DNA from: a virus
Direction: 5' to 3' (one strand)
DNA: 64,000 nucleotides
IMG/VR virus record: IMGVR_UViG_3300032288_004702
Span: 92,277 to 156,276 of that record
The notes beneath the pieces are model-generated. The model had not been told where the DNA came from. It made no database searches and worked only from the letters and a program-made list of their open reading frames with translations. Below are positions 19,117 through 28,846 of the stretch, one piece after another. The position numbers and the translations under genes are program-made. The stretch's first letter is position 1, and every line of letters starts with the position of its first letter.

Positions 19117-19413
19117 CTACGGTGTGGTAGGGCGAGGCGAGGCTATGGGCAGGTGAATGGTCTGCCATGTGTCTATGTCCGTGCCGTACATGGCTACGAG
19201 TGTGTCAATGACGGCAGACACTTCGCCCGAACAATGGGCGTGGGCGATGTCGTAGATAGTGTCCCCACTCTCCACATTCACGGTAGGCGTATCGCACGAG
19301 TAGCGAGGTGGCTCGGTCACTTGACGGACAGACCACAAGGCGACCCACGCTAGGGCGATGATGAGAGGCGAGAACACCACGAAACGGCGCACGATGAACT
19401 TATCTACTCTCAT
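19117..19413 (-). CDS. Membrane-anchored LysM-domain protein
   Basis: N-terminal TM helix; VNVESGDTIYDIA..YGTDIDTWQTIHLP. Confidence 0.7.
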   Translation of the reverse strand: MRVDKFIVRRFVVFSPLIIALAWVALWSVRQVTEPPRYSCDTPTVNVESGDTIYDIAHAHCSGEVSAVIDTLVAMYGTDIDTWQTIHLPIASPRPTTP

Positions 19414-19859
19414 GCTTCCACCTCTTTGAGTGCGATGCTCTCCCACGGAAATGCGTTCTCGTACACCGTCACATCGTTGCCGTTCTCGTCTCGCTCAATG
19501 CGCCGAACTTCCAGAATGGTGTCGTGAATGATGTAGAGCCATTCAGCCCATGCGAGGTCTGTGTCGTTCTGTGTGAACGGCTCGGTGTCCTCTATGGTCA
19601 CATCGGTGTGGGCGTATCCGTAGCCCTCAACGAGTGCGTGTTGTTCGTAGAGGTTCGGCACTCCACTCTTTGCGAGTGGCTCTATTTGTGACCATGAAGG
19701 CGTGTCGGTGATGAGTGTCTGAATGACCTTATCTACTCCGTCTCGGGTAACTAGTTCGCCCAAGACATAGACCATGCGCTCGGGATAGTTGTCCCAATGG
19801 GTGTAGCGACCTTCCCACCCCTCGCTAGTTGCTCTCGCAACTATTCCTCGTGTTGCCAT
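19410..19859 (-). CDS. Conserved phage hypothetical protein (Y-x-HWD-x-YP motif)
   Basis: MATRGIV..GRYTHWDNYPE..AEWLYII. Confidence 0.65.
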   Translation of the reverse strand: MATRGIVARATSEGWEGRYTHWDNYPERMVYVLGELVTRDGVDKVIQTLITDTPSWSQIEPLAKSGVPNLYEQHALVEGYGYAHTDVTIEDTEPFTQNDTDLAWAEWLYIIHDTILEVRRIERDENGNDVTVYENAFPWESIALKEVEA

Positions 19860-19946
19860 TGTTGTCCCTTTCGTTTCGGTTGGTAGTGGACACCAGAACT
19901 GTACCACGCACGGCACAGGCTTCCCAACTTCGCAAGATGTGGAGAG

Positions 19947-20083
19947 TTATCTACTACCCCCCCGTGTTCTCGGCACAGCCAGCCAGCCCGAGTTGTGGCA
20001 AGAAGCCCCGCTTCGCTACCCGAACCGGCCGGGGCTCCTGCCCTAAACTGCCGTGGGCAGGTGAACGGGGGAGTCGTAGATAA
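19947..20083. repeat. Complete inverted-repeat element
   Basis: TTATCTACTACCCCCCGTG..GAAGCCCCG..CGGGGCTCC..ACGGGGGAGTCGTAGATAA. Confidence 0.8.
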
Positions 20084-20313
20084 GTTGGCAGTTCAGCCCG
20101 ATTCTCTTTGTCCCGATTCGGTGGCGGTTGGCGGTGGCGCACCACACAGCCACGCACACGCCCGACAAGCCTCTCGCATGAGACTCACGCAAGCGCACAC
20201 GCACCCCGACAGCCTCGCCATGAGAGTAGATAAGTGTCGGGGGCAGGCGCACGAACACGGACTCACCCACCCTGCCCGTGCGCTAGGCAGAGTAGATAAG
20301 TCCGTGTCTTGGG

Positions 20314-20583
20314 TCAGTCTTGGCAGGTACAGGCGGGGAACTCGGCGGTGATTCCGTTCAGGTACTTGACATGGGCAACGGCGCAAGCCTTGTCCTTTGC
20401 CAGCCACGGCGTGTAGGGGTCGTCCTCTTTCGTGAGAAACTCGCCGTCAGAGCCTTCCACGCCGATAGCCCACGCCGTACCAACGCCGTCAGGGGTAATG
20501 AGCGTTATCGGCTCAACGAAGTACCACGGAGACGGAACGCTCGGGGTCGGTGCGGAAATGGGATTCAGGGTACTGATGTTCAT
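20314..20583 (-). CDS. Hypothetical protein, probably leaderless
   Basis: ATG lies just after family -10 TACACT. Confidence 0.55.
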   Translation of the reverse strand: MNISTLNPISAPTPSVPSPWYFVEPITLITPDGVGTAWAIGVEGSDGEFLTKEDDPYTPWLAKDKACAVAHVKYLNGITAEFPACTCQD

Positions 20584-20649
20584 GCCATGAGTGTACCACT
20601 AGGGGTACAGACTTCCGAAAGTTATCTACTCCCCTAGCGGGGGACTTAT

Positions 20650-21048
20650 CTACTCGGATTCGTCTGCCACCAACGGGCGCACCACGCTTGCGCTACCCGT
20701 AGGTGCGTCATGGTGGGACAGCGAGAACTCAACTCGGTCAGCGAACACTTCGTAGCGGAGAATCCATTCGCTATTGACGGTGATTCCACGCACGAACTCG
20801 GCAACCGTGGTGGCACGGAAGATAGCGTCAAAGTCTCCGTTCCAGAGACGGACAGCCTCAACTCGGAACCATTCGGACTGTGCGAGGATTCCCTTCACGC
20901 ACTCGCCAAAGAACTCCAACTCGGAATCCCAACAGTCTCCGAAACAGTCGGAAGTCGGCAGGAACTCACCCGTCGTTTCGTCAAGTACGGAACAGGTACA
21001 GGTATTCGTCAGTTCGCCGTAGGCGATTCGTGTCTCGGTGGTGGTCAT
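20650..21048 (-). CDS. Hypothetical protein
   Basis: Family promoter and leader; SHHDAPTG motif. Confidence 0.65.
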   Translation of the reverse strand: MTTTETRIAYGELTNTCTCSVLDETTGEFLPTSDCFGDCWDSELEFFGECVKGILAQSEWFRVEAVRLWNGDFDAIFRATTVAEFVRGITVNSEWILRYEVFADRVEFSLSHHDAPTGSASVVRPLVADESE

Positions 21049-21122
21049 GTCCAAGCCTTTCGGTTGTGTTGGTGGGACAGCCACAGAGTACCACGCACGG
21101 GACAGACTTCCCATTCTCGGAC

Positions 21123-21244
21123 TTATCTACTATCCCCCCGTGTTGCGCCTGCCCCCACTTGGGGTGGGAGCCCCGGCCCTGCCGAGCGCAGCGGGGCTTC
21201 TCCCCCGAAGGCAACGCCTCGGCGCACGGGGGAATGGTAGATAA
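21123..21244. repeat. Complete inverted-repeat element
   Basis: TTATCTACTATCCCCCCGTG..GGAGCCCCG..CGGGGCTTC..CACGGGGGAATGGTAGATAA. Confidence 0.85.
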
Positions 21245-21271
21245 CTCCCATCAAAGTTTCTTTCTCGGCGT

Positions 21272-21508
21272 TTGACATTCGGACACGCAACGCACCTTCT
21301 ACTAAGTGTGAAACGCTACTACTTCCGACATTGTGGTTCTCTCCACCCCGTAGACCGTGACATGGTGTTCGGCAAAGACGGCAAGCCAAAGGACTACCAC
21401 CCACTCGTGGGTTGCCCTGTGTGCCGAAAGATTTGCTGGCTGTCCCATGTGACGGAGATAGGGGAAGACGACACGCCCGACACGGAGACAGACGGCGAGA
21501 CAGAGTAG
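21272..21508 (+). CDS. Small zinc-finger-like protein in inverted orientation (start uncertain)
   Basis: HCG..CPVC; stop lies in the motif. Confidence 0.4.
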   Translation: MTFGHATHLLLSVKRYYFRHCGSLHPVDRDMVFGKDGKPKDYHPLVGCPVCRKICWLSHVTEIGEDDTPDTETDGETE

Positions 21509-21576
21509 ATAACTTCGGGCGCAGACTTATCTACTCCCATTCACGCCACGAACGAGAGTAGATAAGTCGGGCGAGG

Positions 21577-21879
21577 CTATTCGCTCTCGCAACGCCCACA
21601 GAGGTAGTCAGCACCCCAAGCGTCACCAATGTAAGTGCCGTGCTTACAGTAGAGGCTCTTCTCGTACTCACGCTCACGCTCAATGAGAGCCTCGCAACGC
21701 TCGTAGTACGCCTCGTAGTGCTTCTCGCAACGGGGGAACACTACGAACGCACCGTTCCCACGCCAGCGCACGGGGTGGGTCAAGCGGTACTCCACCACGC
21801 CTTCGCACGGGCTGTCCTCGTGGTGGTGGTCAAGGCAGTCCTCGTGCGTGAGTTCGGGAGTCTCGTGGTCAATGCTCAT
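21577..21879 (-). CDS. Cys/His-rich hypothetical protein
   Basis: PRCEKH, CKHG, CGRCE. Confidence 0.55.
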   Translation of the reverse strand: MSIDHETPELTHEDCLDHHHEDSPCEGVVEYRLTHPVRWRGNGAFVVFPRCEKHYEAYYERCEALIEREREYEKSLYCKHGTYIGDAWGADYLCGRCESE

Positions 21880-22078
21880 GGTTATTCTTCCCCTTCTTCG
21901 GTGTCGTCTTCTTCGTACTCGTCTTCTTCGTAGAAGTCAGAGTCGTAGTCAGGCTCGTCTGCGTAGTAATCGGCGTAGCGGTCTTCGTGCGCCTTTATGT
22001 ACGGTGCTTCCTCGTTCCAATGCTCGTAATCAGACGGGCTGGAATGGCGTTCGTTCGGCATGACTTATCTACTCCCTT

Positions 22079-22567
22079 TCAGACTTTCTTCGCACACACT
22101 GGACCGATACCACGCTCAATGCTCGTGGGGTCGGTGAGTTCCGCACCGCACACGACACACACGCCGTGTTGTGCGCCCAACTCAACCGCTTCTGCGAGGG
22201 TAATGCGGTGTTCGGGCGTGAGGCTGTAAATAGCACCACGCTCGTAAGAGAAACGCTCGGACTTGCGCTCTGCGTCAGGCACGAAACGCTCGGCGTAGAA
22301 ACGACCTGCCTTGCTCTGCTTCACACGGAACACGCCCTCGTCATTGCGATAGATACCGCACTCGGTGACGGGGTTCGCTTCGCTCTTGACACGCTGTGCG
22401 TCACGCTCACGGTCACGCTCAATGCCACGCAGAACGGCGAGTATCTGCTTCTCGGACAGAACGCCCTTGCGCTCAAACTGCTGGAACAGGCTCGCATAGA
22501 ACTCGTTGCGAGTGTGGTTCGCTCGCAAGTAGTCATACGCCTTGTCAAAGTCGGCTGGTGTGGTCAT
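22079..22567 (-). CDS. DUF6011-domain protein
   Basis: C-terminal CVVCGAELTDPTSIERGIGPVCAKK. Confidence 0.75.
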   Translation of the reverse strand: MTTPADFDKAYDYLRANHTRNEFYASLFQQFERKGVLSEKQILAVLRGIERDRERDAQRVKSEANPVTECGIYRNDEGVFRVKQSKAGRFYAERFVPDAERKSERFSYERGAIYSLTPEHRITLAEAVELGAQHGVCVVCGAELTDPTSIERGIGPVCAKKV

Positions 22568-22745
22568 GGTGTCCCCTTTCGTTGGTACGCCCAAACTGTA
22601 CCACGCACGGGACAGGCTTCCGTGAGTTATCTACTCTGCTTGTGGGTCGTTCGGCGGTCGGAGTTATCTACTCCGTCAGGTGGGGGCTGGGGCTGTGTCA
22701 GGGCGTGGGGCTGTGCCGTAGGGCGGTCGCCGTCAGGCGCACGAC

Positions 22746-22876
22746 TTATCTACCACGCCCCCGTTCACCGCCACACCCCGTGTGGGGGTGTGGGGGCGGA
22801 GCCCCGCAGGGTACGGCGCAGCCGGGGCTCCCGCCCCGAACTCGGCGCACCGAGCACACGGGGGATTAGTAGATAA
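22746..22876. repeat. Complete inverted-repeat element
   Basis: Same nested architecture. Confidence 0.85.
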
Positions 22877-23015
22877 CTCTCATCAAACAGCCCTAGCCAA
22901 ACACGCCACAGACACACTCTGCCTAATCGGGAAATAAATGTCCCATTCCGACACTTAGAGCACCTTCTAGTAAATGAGACCTTGTATTAGGCGTGAGACA
23001 GAAAGAGAGAAATAA

Positions 23016-23252
23016 ATGATTCGTGACCGATACGACCAAGAGACCCATGTCGGAGAAGTCTTGTATGACGAGATTCGTGACGGGTTCATTTGCGCCTACT
23101 GCCTAGACGACTTCACCCATTCGCAACTACACGCAACCTACGGTGGCAACATCCTGCCGATTACCGTGCGTCTATCACGCAAGTTTCTCAAAGCATTACG
23201 CAACGAGCCGTGCCTAATCTGCGACCTGCCGTGTTCACGATTCGTGGACTAA
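23016..23252 (+). CDS. Small zinc-finger-like protein in inverted orientation
   Basis: CAYC..CLIC. Confidence 0.5.
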   Translation: MIRDRYDQETHVGEVLYDEIRDGFICAYCLDDFTHSQLHATYGGNILPITVRLSRKFLKALRNEPCLICDLPCSRFVD

Positions 23253-23315
23253 CGCCGAGACTTATCTACCCCCAATGGAACGCACCCAAAGAGAGTAGAT
23301 AAGTCTGCGAGAGCG

Positions 23316-23840
23316 TCAGCAGATAGAGAAACCGCCTGATTCTGCGAGGAAGTCTGCGAACTCACGGACATTCTCTTCGGAGAAGGGGTAGGACATCCCG
23401 AACGACTCCCGTGTGCCAATGCCGTTACAGCCATTACACCAGCCGTGTGTGCGACCCGTGAGAATCTGAATCTCCGTCGGGAGTTCTTTCGTGGGTTGCC
23501 CCATGTCCTCGCCAATAGCGTCGGTGCGGATTCCCGTTGCGCCACAGAGGTCACAGTCCTCACGAGGAAGGCTCGCAAGGTACTCACGGTGCTTCTGTTC
23601 GTATTGAGTGGTGCGACCAGACGAGAGTTCCTCACGGAGAATCTCTGCGAGAGCGAGAGCCATGACTCCGTCAAGACCTGCGCCGTCGTTGTAGTGACCA
23701 CTCTCTGCGAGCGATTCGCCAATGACTTCTTCTGCCACTCCACAGCAGTAGTCCCACAGGGGTCGCCACCACCACACATTGTTGCGGAAGTACTCGCCCC
23801 TCTTGCTGGTCGGGTTCTTCCCGTACACATCCATTCCCAT
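23316..23840 (-). CDS. Hypothetical protein with DnaJ-type CxxCxGxG zinc motifs
   Basis: MGMDVY..YFRNNVWWWRPLW; CDLCGATG; CNGCNGIG. Confidence 0.7.
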   Translation of the reverse strand: MGMDVYGKNPTSKRGEYFRNNVWWWRPLWDYCCGVAEEVIGESLAESGHYNDGAGLDGVMALALAEILREELSSGRTTQYEQKHREYLASLPREDCDLCGATGIRTDAIGEDMGQPTKELPTEIQILTGRTHGWCNGCNGIGTRESFGMSYPFSEENVREFADFLAESGGFSIC

Positions 23841-24030
23841 TGTCTTGCCCCTTTCGGCTTGTTGGACACACAGAGAGTACCACCAACGGGTCAGGCTTCC
23901 GAAAGTTATCTACCACTCCCCCGACACACAGCATGCTGTTGTTTGGGGCAGGAGCCCCGCTGGGGCAAGGCATTGTGCCGGGGCTCCTCAGTTCGGCTCG
24001 CCTCCTCGCGCGCGATGCCGTGAGACTTAT

Positions 24031-24264
24031 CTACTCTCGGTCATCGCACCCGTGGGGGCAGGCTCCCGAAATGGGAACCTCTCCGCACTCCCAGCATTGG
24101 ACACGGTTCGCCCAGTCCCTCTCACGAGCCTGCTCTGCGAGGTCGGCAGCGATGACCTGCTGACAGGGCTGGCAACGAATCGCCTGCCCATCGCACGAGC
24201 AGTCATCGGGAATCGGGAACTCTCCCGAATCATCGGGAATCGGGGTGTTGTGAATCGCTCGCAT
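24031..24264 (-). CDS. Small Cys-rich protein
   Basis: Coupled to the upstream gene; stop lies in the motif. Confidence 0.5.
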   Translation of the reverse strand: MRAIHNTPIPDDSGEFPIPDDCSCDGQAIRCQPCQQVIAADLAEQARERDWANRVQCWECGEVPISGACPHGCDDRE

Positions 24265-24743
24265 TAGAACGCTCCTTCTTTGTCTGCGAGGAACTCCTCG
24301 TAGCGTTCCTCATCTGTCTTGTGCTCCTCGGACACCCACTCGTGACCGTTGGAGCAACGCCAACCGACATCAACGCCGTCACGAACAATGGGCTCAACTT
24401 CGCCGTGGCATGGAACGATGTTCCACAGGTCTGACGGCTGGTCAGGCTCGGGATTACCCGAAGGGACTTCCACCTGCCAGTCGCAGAGAGGAGTCCAACC
24501 GATAGAGGCACAACGGAACGCTTGTCCATCTACTTCCACGACATCTCCGACAGAGAGTGCTGTGTGTGTGCGGTCTTCCCACAGCAGGGGCTCAATGATG
24601 TCCCACAGCGAACCCTGGTAGCGGTTGGTGTCCGCAAACACTCGGTCGCAAATAGCGAGTGCTGAGTCATGCGTGTCAAGTACGAACTCAACGAATGAGT
24701 CGCCTCCGAATGCGCTCCATGTGACTTTGATGTTCTTCTTCAT
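24264..24743 (-). CDS. Hypothetical protein (YodL-like ALSVGDVV motif)
   Basis: HTALSVGDVVEVDGQAFRCASIGW. Confidence 0.6.
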   Translation of the reverse strand: MKKNIKVTWSAFGGDSFVEFVLDTHDSALAICDRVFADTNRYQGSLWDIIEPLLWEDRTHTALSVGDVVEVDGQAFRCASIGWTPLCDWQVEVPSGNPEPDQPSDLWNIVPCHGEVEPIVRDGVDVGWRCSNGHEWVSEEHKTDEERYEEFLADKEGAF

Positions 24744-24816
24744 TGGTGTTTCCCCTTTCGGGCAGGTGGCTCCTGCCCACCAGAAATGTACCACTAAGAG
24801 GACAGGCTTCCGAAAG

Positions 24817-24944
24817 TTATCTACTACATCCCCGTGTGGTGTGCTGTCGCGCGGGAGAAAGCCCCGCGTTGCTCGGCGAGATAGCCGGGGCTTCCGCCCA
24901 GAACTGGCGCACGGCCGTGCTGTGAACGGGGGAGTCGTAGATAA
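24817..24944. repeat. Complete inverted-repeat element flanked by two divergent family promoters
   Basis: Promoters at 24785-24814 (-) and 24954-24983 (+). Confidence 0.85.
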
Positions 24945-25025
24945 GTCGCACACTTGGGAAGGCTGTACCTATTGAGGTATGCTTCGGGTGGCCATTCGGC
25001 CGTATCCAACGAAAGGGGATAGCAA

Positions 25026-25628
25026 ATGAAGGTATTGGAAGTCAGCGCACGAAAGGGTGGCGTCGGCACAACGACTGTGGCCTGCGCTCTCGCACTCAAA
25101 CTCGCAGAGCACAACCGAGACAAGGTTCTGCTCATTGACACTTCGGAGAACACCGAAGCGTTCTCTGTTCTTGGCGTCGCAAACCCCATTGGGCGAAACT
25201 CCATCTCGTTCGGTGAGCACAACCTGACAGTCGTGAACATTCCACTCGCAGAAGTGAACAACGGCCTGTCTGTCTCGCAATACGAGTTCGTCGTCATTGA
25301 CGCTGGCAAGAGTGAAGTAGATAAGTCATACTTCGGCCTGACTCCGTTCCGTGTGGCCGTCGTGCGTAACTCGTACCTCTCACTTCGGGCCGAGTCCATA
25401 ACACGAGCGAGCAAAGACGCAGTCGTCTCCATTCACGACGACAAGAATGTCCTGACTGTCGGTGACACCGAGAATGTGCTTCGTGGGTCAGCCGTTACCG
25501 TTCTCCCTCTTGACGAGGCCATCTCTCGTGCCATTGACGCAGGCCTGTTCTCGTCTCGTGCGAACCTGTGGAGCAAGACGGCAGACGAGTTCGTTCGTCG
25601 TCACGAACTCTCCACGGCCTCGGTCTAG
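25026..25628 (+). CDS. ParA/MinD/CpaE-like P-loop ATPase
   Basis: Deviant Walker A KGGVGTTT, VLLID, VVIDAG. Confidence 0.75.
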   Translation: MKVLEVSARKGGVGTTTVACALALKLAEHNRDKVLLIDTSENTEAFSVLGVANPIGRNSISFGEHNLTVVNIPLAEVNNGLSVSQYEFVVIDAGKSEVDKSYFGLTPFRVAVVRNSYLSLRAESITRASKDAVVSIHDDKNVLTVGDTENVLRGSAVTVLPLDEAISRAIDAGLFSSRANLWSKTADEFVRRHELSTASV

Positions 25629-25851
25629 TCCGAAGGCCCACCTACTCAGAGTAGATAACTCTCGGTGGGTGGGCCGAAGGGCAGAGAAAGCCCCGCTACG
25701 CTCCCCCGAAGCTGCCGGGGCTCCTGCCCGAAAGTCGGGGGCGACATCCAGCGCACGGGGGAGTGGTAGATAAGTTCGGGATTTGGGAAGGCTGTCCGTG
25801 CTGTGGTACATTCGTGTCGCCAGCAACCACCAACCGAAAGGCAGGCACACA

Positions 25852-26280
25852 ATGTCCGAAGTCACCCCACTCCACCCGCTGACCACATCGGTCGAGCGCA
25901 ACTACCCGACCGTCAAGCCCGAAACGCTCTTGGAGCGTGGCGAGTTCCTGTCTGCCATTCTCGGTTCGGCATGGGAGTCATGGGACTGGTGGAAGGCTGT
26001 GGACTACACCGCACCGTTTGACTGGGACAACCACCCCAAGACGAACGACCGCCCATTCCTGACCATCTTGGCAGACGACCCCGATGGTGACGAGGGCGAG
26101 ACCGTGAAGGTCTCTCTCACCGTGGCAGACCTCTACGAGGCATACATCTCGGTCTGCTCTGCCAACAGCGAGGACTTGGGCTACTACGAGAACTACGGAA
26201 TCCACGACCTTGACTTGGACGCCATTGAGGGCGACCACATCATTCAGTTCGCCGTGTTCGGAACGCTCATCTACGGCTGA
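25852..26280 (+). CDS. Hypothetical phage protein
   Basis: C-terminal LDAIEGDHIIQFAVFGTLIYG; family promoter. Confidence 0.7.
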   Translation: MSEVTPLHPLTTSVERNYPTVKPETLLERGEFLSAILGSAWESWDWWKAVDYTAPFDWDNHPKTNDRPFLTILADDPDGDEGETVKVSLTVADLYEAYISVCSANSEDLGYYENYGIHDLDLDAIEGDHIIQFAVFGTLIYG

Positions 26281-26386
26281 CCGTAGGGGAGTAGATAAGT
26301 CCCCTATCGGAGTAGATAAGTTTCGGAAGTCTGTCCTACCCGTGGTACATTATGGGTAGCCACCAACCAACCGAAAGGAACGGCAC

Positions 26387-26650
26387 ATGAAACAGCGCAA
26401 AGTGTTCACACACGAGGAAGTCATCGCACTTCTCTGCTCGCCTAGCCCGAAGGCAGAGGCAGTCCTGCTCTATCTGACGACAGTCAAGCAGGCAACGACA
26501 GGCGAGATAGCGAAGGCTCTCTGCTGGGACAAGAGCAACACGGGTCGCAGGCTGGAAGCACTTGCCGAGGACGGATTCGTAGAGTGCGTAGACGACAGCC
26601 ACCACGAGGGCAACAGGGGTCGCCCTGCCCGACTGTGGAGAGTCCTCTAA
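26387..26650 (+). CDS. Winged-helix DNA-binding protein
   Basis: ATTGEIAKAL..DKSNTGRRLEALAEDGFV..GRPARLW. Confidence 0.8.
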   Translation: MKQRKVFTHEEVIALLCSPSPKAEAVLLYLTTVKQATTGEIAKALCWDKSNTGRRLEALAEDGFVECVDDSHHEGNRGRPARLWRVL

Positions 26651-26869
26651 CGAGACCCCCGACTTATCTACTCCCCATGCGCCGACCGTGGTGGAGTAGA
26701 TAAGTCACCCACGGGGCGAGTTCGGGGCGGGAGCCCCGGCTGGACAGCCGAGCGCAGCGGGGCTTCTTCCCGGAACTCGGCCAGAGCACACGGGGGGGTC
26801 GTAGATAAGTTGGGAAGTCTGTCCCGACCGTGGTACACTTCATGCAAGCCAACTGAAAGGGGCAACGAC

Positions 26870-27211
26870 ATGAGCAAGACGCTCGCCGATTACTGGGACG
26901 ATGTGGAGGACGCGGTGCAGGACGCACACCTCATCGCGTGGGACACCTGCCACAAGATTTACCTCGCGATGGACGAGGCCGAGGCCAACTGGTTCCGCGA
27001 GAACTACGCGCCCGATGTGGTGACGGGAACGCCCGAGGAACTGCTCGCCACTCTCCGCGAGTGGTACGAGAACTCCTGTGGTCTCCGCTTCATTCAGGCC
27101 GTGACGCGTGACGAGGAAGACCCGAACAGGGGATTCACCAACCTGATTCCCCAGGGAGCCGACTGGGAGGACGAGGAAGACGAAGACGACTACGAGGACG
27201 AGGAGGAGTAG
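26870..27211 (+). CDS. Hypothetical acidic protein
   Basis: AWDTCHKIYL..WYENSCGLRFI; family promoter. Confidence 0.7.
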   Translation: MSKTLADYWDDVEDAVQDAHLIAWDTCHKIYLAMDEAEANWFRENYAPDVVTGTPEELLATLREWYENSCGLRFIQAVTRDEEDPNRGFTNLIPQGADWEDEEDEDDYEDEEE

Positions 27212-27218
27212 ATAACTC

Positions 27219-27557
27219 ATGGCGACCGAAACAACACCCGATGAGTTCGCCCTCATGGACTCACGCAACGCGTTCGCGTGGAACCTGCTAACCGAACTGC
27301 GCGAGCGTTCCACGAAGCCCGAGGTCGTAGAGGCCTCTGAGATTCTGCTCGCGAACATCGCCGACCCGACCGATTACGCGGTCATCGTGTGGCCGAACGA
27401 GGACGACCTCCGTTCGTTTGACGAGACCGAATGGGGGACGGACGAGAACGGTTATTGGAGCGACTGCTACGAGACCCCTCTCGTGTGGTGCGACCGACAG
27501 GACGAGCACTCGCTCATCGTCTGGTACTCAGCGAAGTACGGCCAGACAGGGGAGTAG
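27219..27557 (+). CDS. Hypothetical acidic protein
   Basis: Operon member; stop lies in the motif. Confidence 0.6.
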   Translation: MATETTPDEFALMDSRNAFAWNLLTELRERSTKPEVVEASEILLANIADPTDYAVIVWPNEDDLRSFDETEWGTDENGYWSDCYETPLVWCDRQDEHSLIVWYSAKYGQTGE

Positions 27558-27759
27558 ATAAGCACCCCCCGCTTATCTACTCCCCTTTGGTATACCCCGA
27601 ACCAGAGTAGATAAGTGGCAAGAAGCCCCGCCTCTTTACGGGCAATGGAGCGAAGCGGGGCTTACCCCCGTGTAGGTCATTGCACGACGGGGGAGTAGTA
27701 GATAAGATTTCGCAATCGGCACAAGCCGAGCTGCCACACAGACTCAAGGAGAGAAGAAC

Positions 27760-28122
27760 ATGGCAACACAAAAGAAGAAGCCCGCGACCAAGAAGGTCGT
27801 AGCAAAGAAGAAGCCAGCAGCCAAGAAGCCGGCGAAGAAAGCACCGGCAAAGAAGGCCGCCGCCAAGAAGGCCGCCGCCAAGAAGGCTGTCACGAAGAAG
27901 GCTCCCGCCAAGAAGACGCCGGCCAAGAAGGCTGTCGCGAAGAAAGCCACCGCCAAGAAGGCGGCTATCCCCAGCAGAAAGGCAAAGACCATCTCAAGCT
28001 CTGCCACCGCAACTTCCACGTCATCCAGCGCTACACGTGTGAAGATTTCCCCAATCACGAAGACCAGCACCACGTCGTCCGTCCCTGGCGCGAAGGTCAC
28101 TTACAAAGTCATCAAAAAGTGA
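27760..28122 (+). CDS. Histone H1/Hc2-like basic protein
   Basis: Repeated (P/A)AKK units; AAGGAG RBS. Confidence 0.8.
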   Translation: MATQKKKPATKKVVAKKKPAAKKPAKKAPAKKAAAKKAAAKKAVTKKAPAKKTPAKKAVAKKATAKKAAIPSRKAKTISSSATATSTSSSATRVKISPITKTSTTSSVPGAKVTYKVIKK

Positions 28123-28373
28123 GCGAGCCCGAGACTGTCAAGGGTCCTTCATTCGAGGAATGGATGGCCTACGGAATCGGACAAGGGTGGTGCGGACCTC
28201 CCGTGTGCTACGTGCACGACGGGTTACCGACCGCCCCCGAAGAGGACGATGAATTTGATGAGGGCGGAGACCCGTGTATTCATGTCATTCGCATGTATGA
28301 AAGCGATGAGCAGAAGAAGTCAATCGAGGATGCCCACTCGCCATCACAGTGGCGAAATCATTACACCAAGTAG
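28119..28373 (+). CDS. Hypothetical protein
   Basis: WCGPPVC..HDG..DPCIHVIR. Confidence 0.65.
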   Translation: MSEPETVKGPSFEEWMAYGIGQGWCGPPVCYVHDGLPTAPEEDDEFDEGGDPCIHVIRMYESDEQKKSIEDAHSPSQWRNHYTK

Positions 28374-28568
28374 ATAACTAGGGGCAGCAAGACCGTCGTG
28401 GACCGCGGCGGAGTCTTCGCGAACTAGGAGCTTCGGAAACAGGGATGGCCCGGGTTTTAGGTTGCCCGGGTTGTCTCTGTTCATCCGGCTGCTTTTTCTT
28501 TCTTCCCATATCGCTATTTTCTCATATTTCCGAGAGCGCTATGGGTACGTAGTAGATAAGTCGAGTCG

Positions 28569-28769
28569 CTAAAAAAGTGGGATATCCGTGCTGACCGGCT
28601 TGTCGTTACAGAACTCGTGCTTGTATTCGTGGAGTTCCTCGACGATGCGGTTGACGGTTTTCCCGTTCGCTTTCAGCCAAACGACCGTCTTTCGCTCGAC
28701 GGTATTGTCTCCGGGGCGGAGCGACAGCCCACACACGGTACACGTGAAGAGTGGCGGCAGGGAGCTCAT
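28569..28769 (-). CDS. Small Cys/His protein
   Basis: CTVC..HEFC; GAGG RBS. Confidence 0.5.
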   Translation of the reverse strand: MSSLPPLFTCTVCGLSLRPGDNTVERKTVVWLKANGKTVNRIVEELHEYKHEFCNDKPVSTDIPLF

Positions 28770-28846
28770 TTAATCCTCAAATCTCTTTGACTGCTTGATG
28801 AGTAGATAAAACAACGATAGGGCCACAACGCCAAGTACGGTGCCGC

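Noticed and set aside
17097-24944. Canonical integron attC sites or IS/MITE elements
   Set aside because: No RYYYAAC/GTTRRRY cores, no integrase or transposase in the window, no target-site duplications, and the interiors of the copies are not homologous. Kept only as an architectural analogy.
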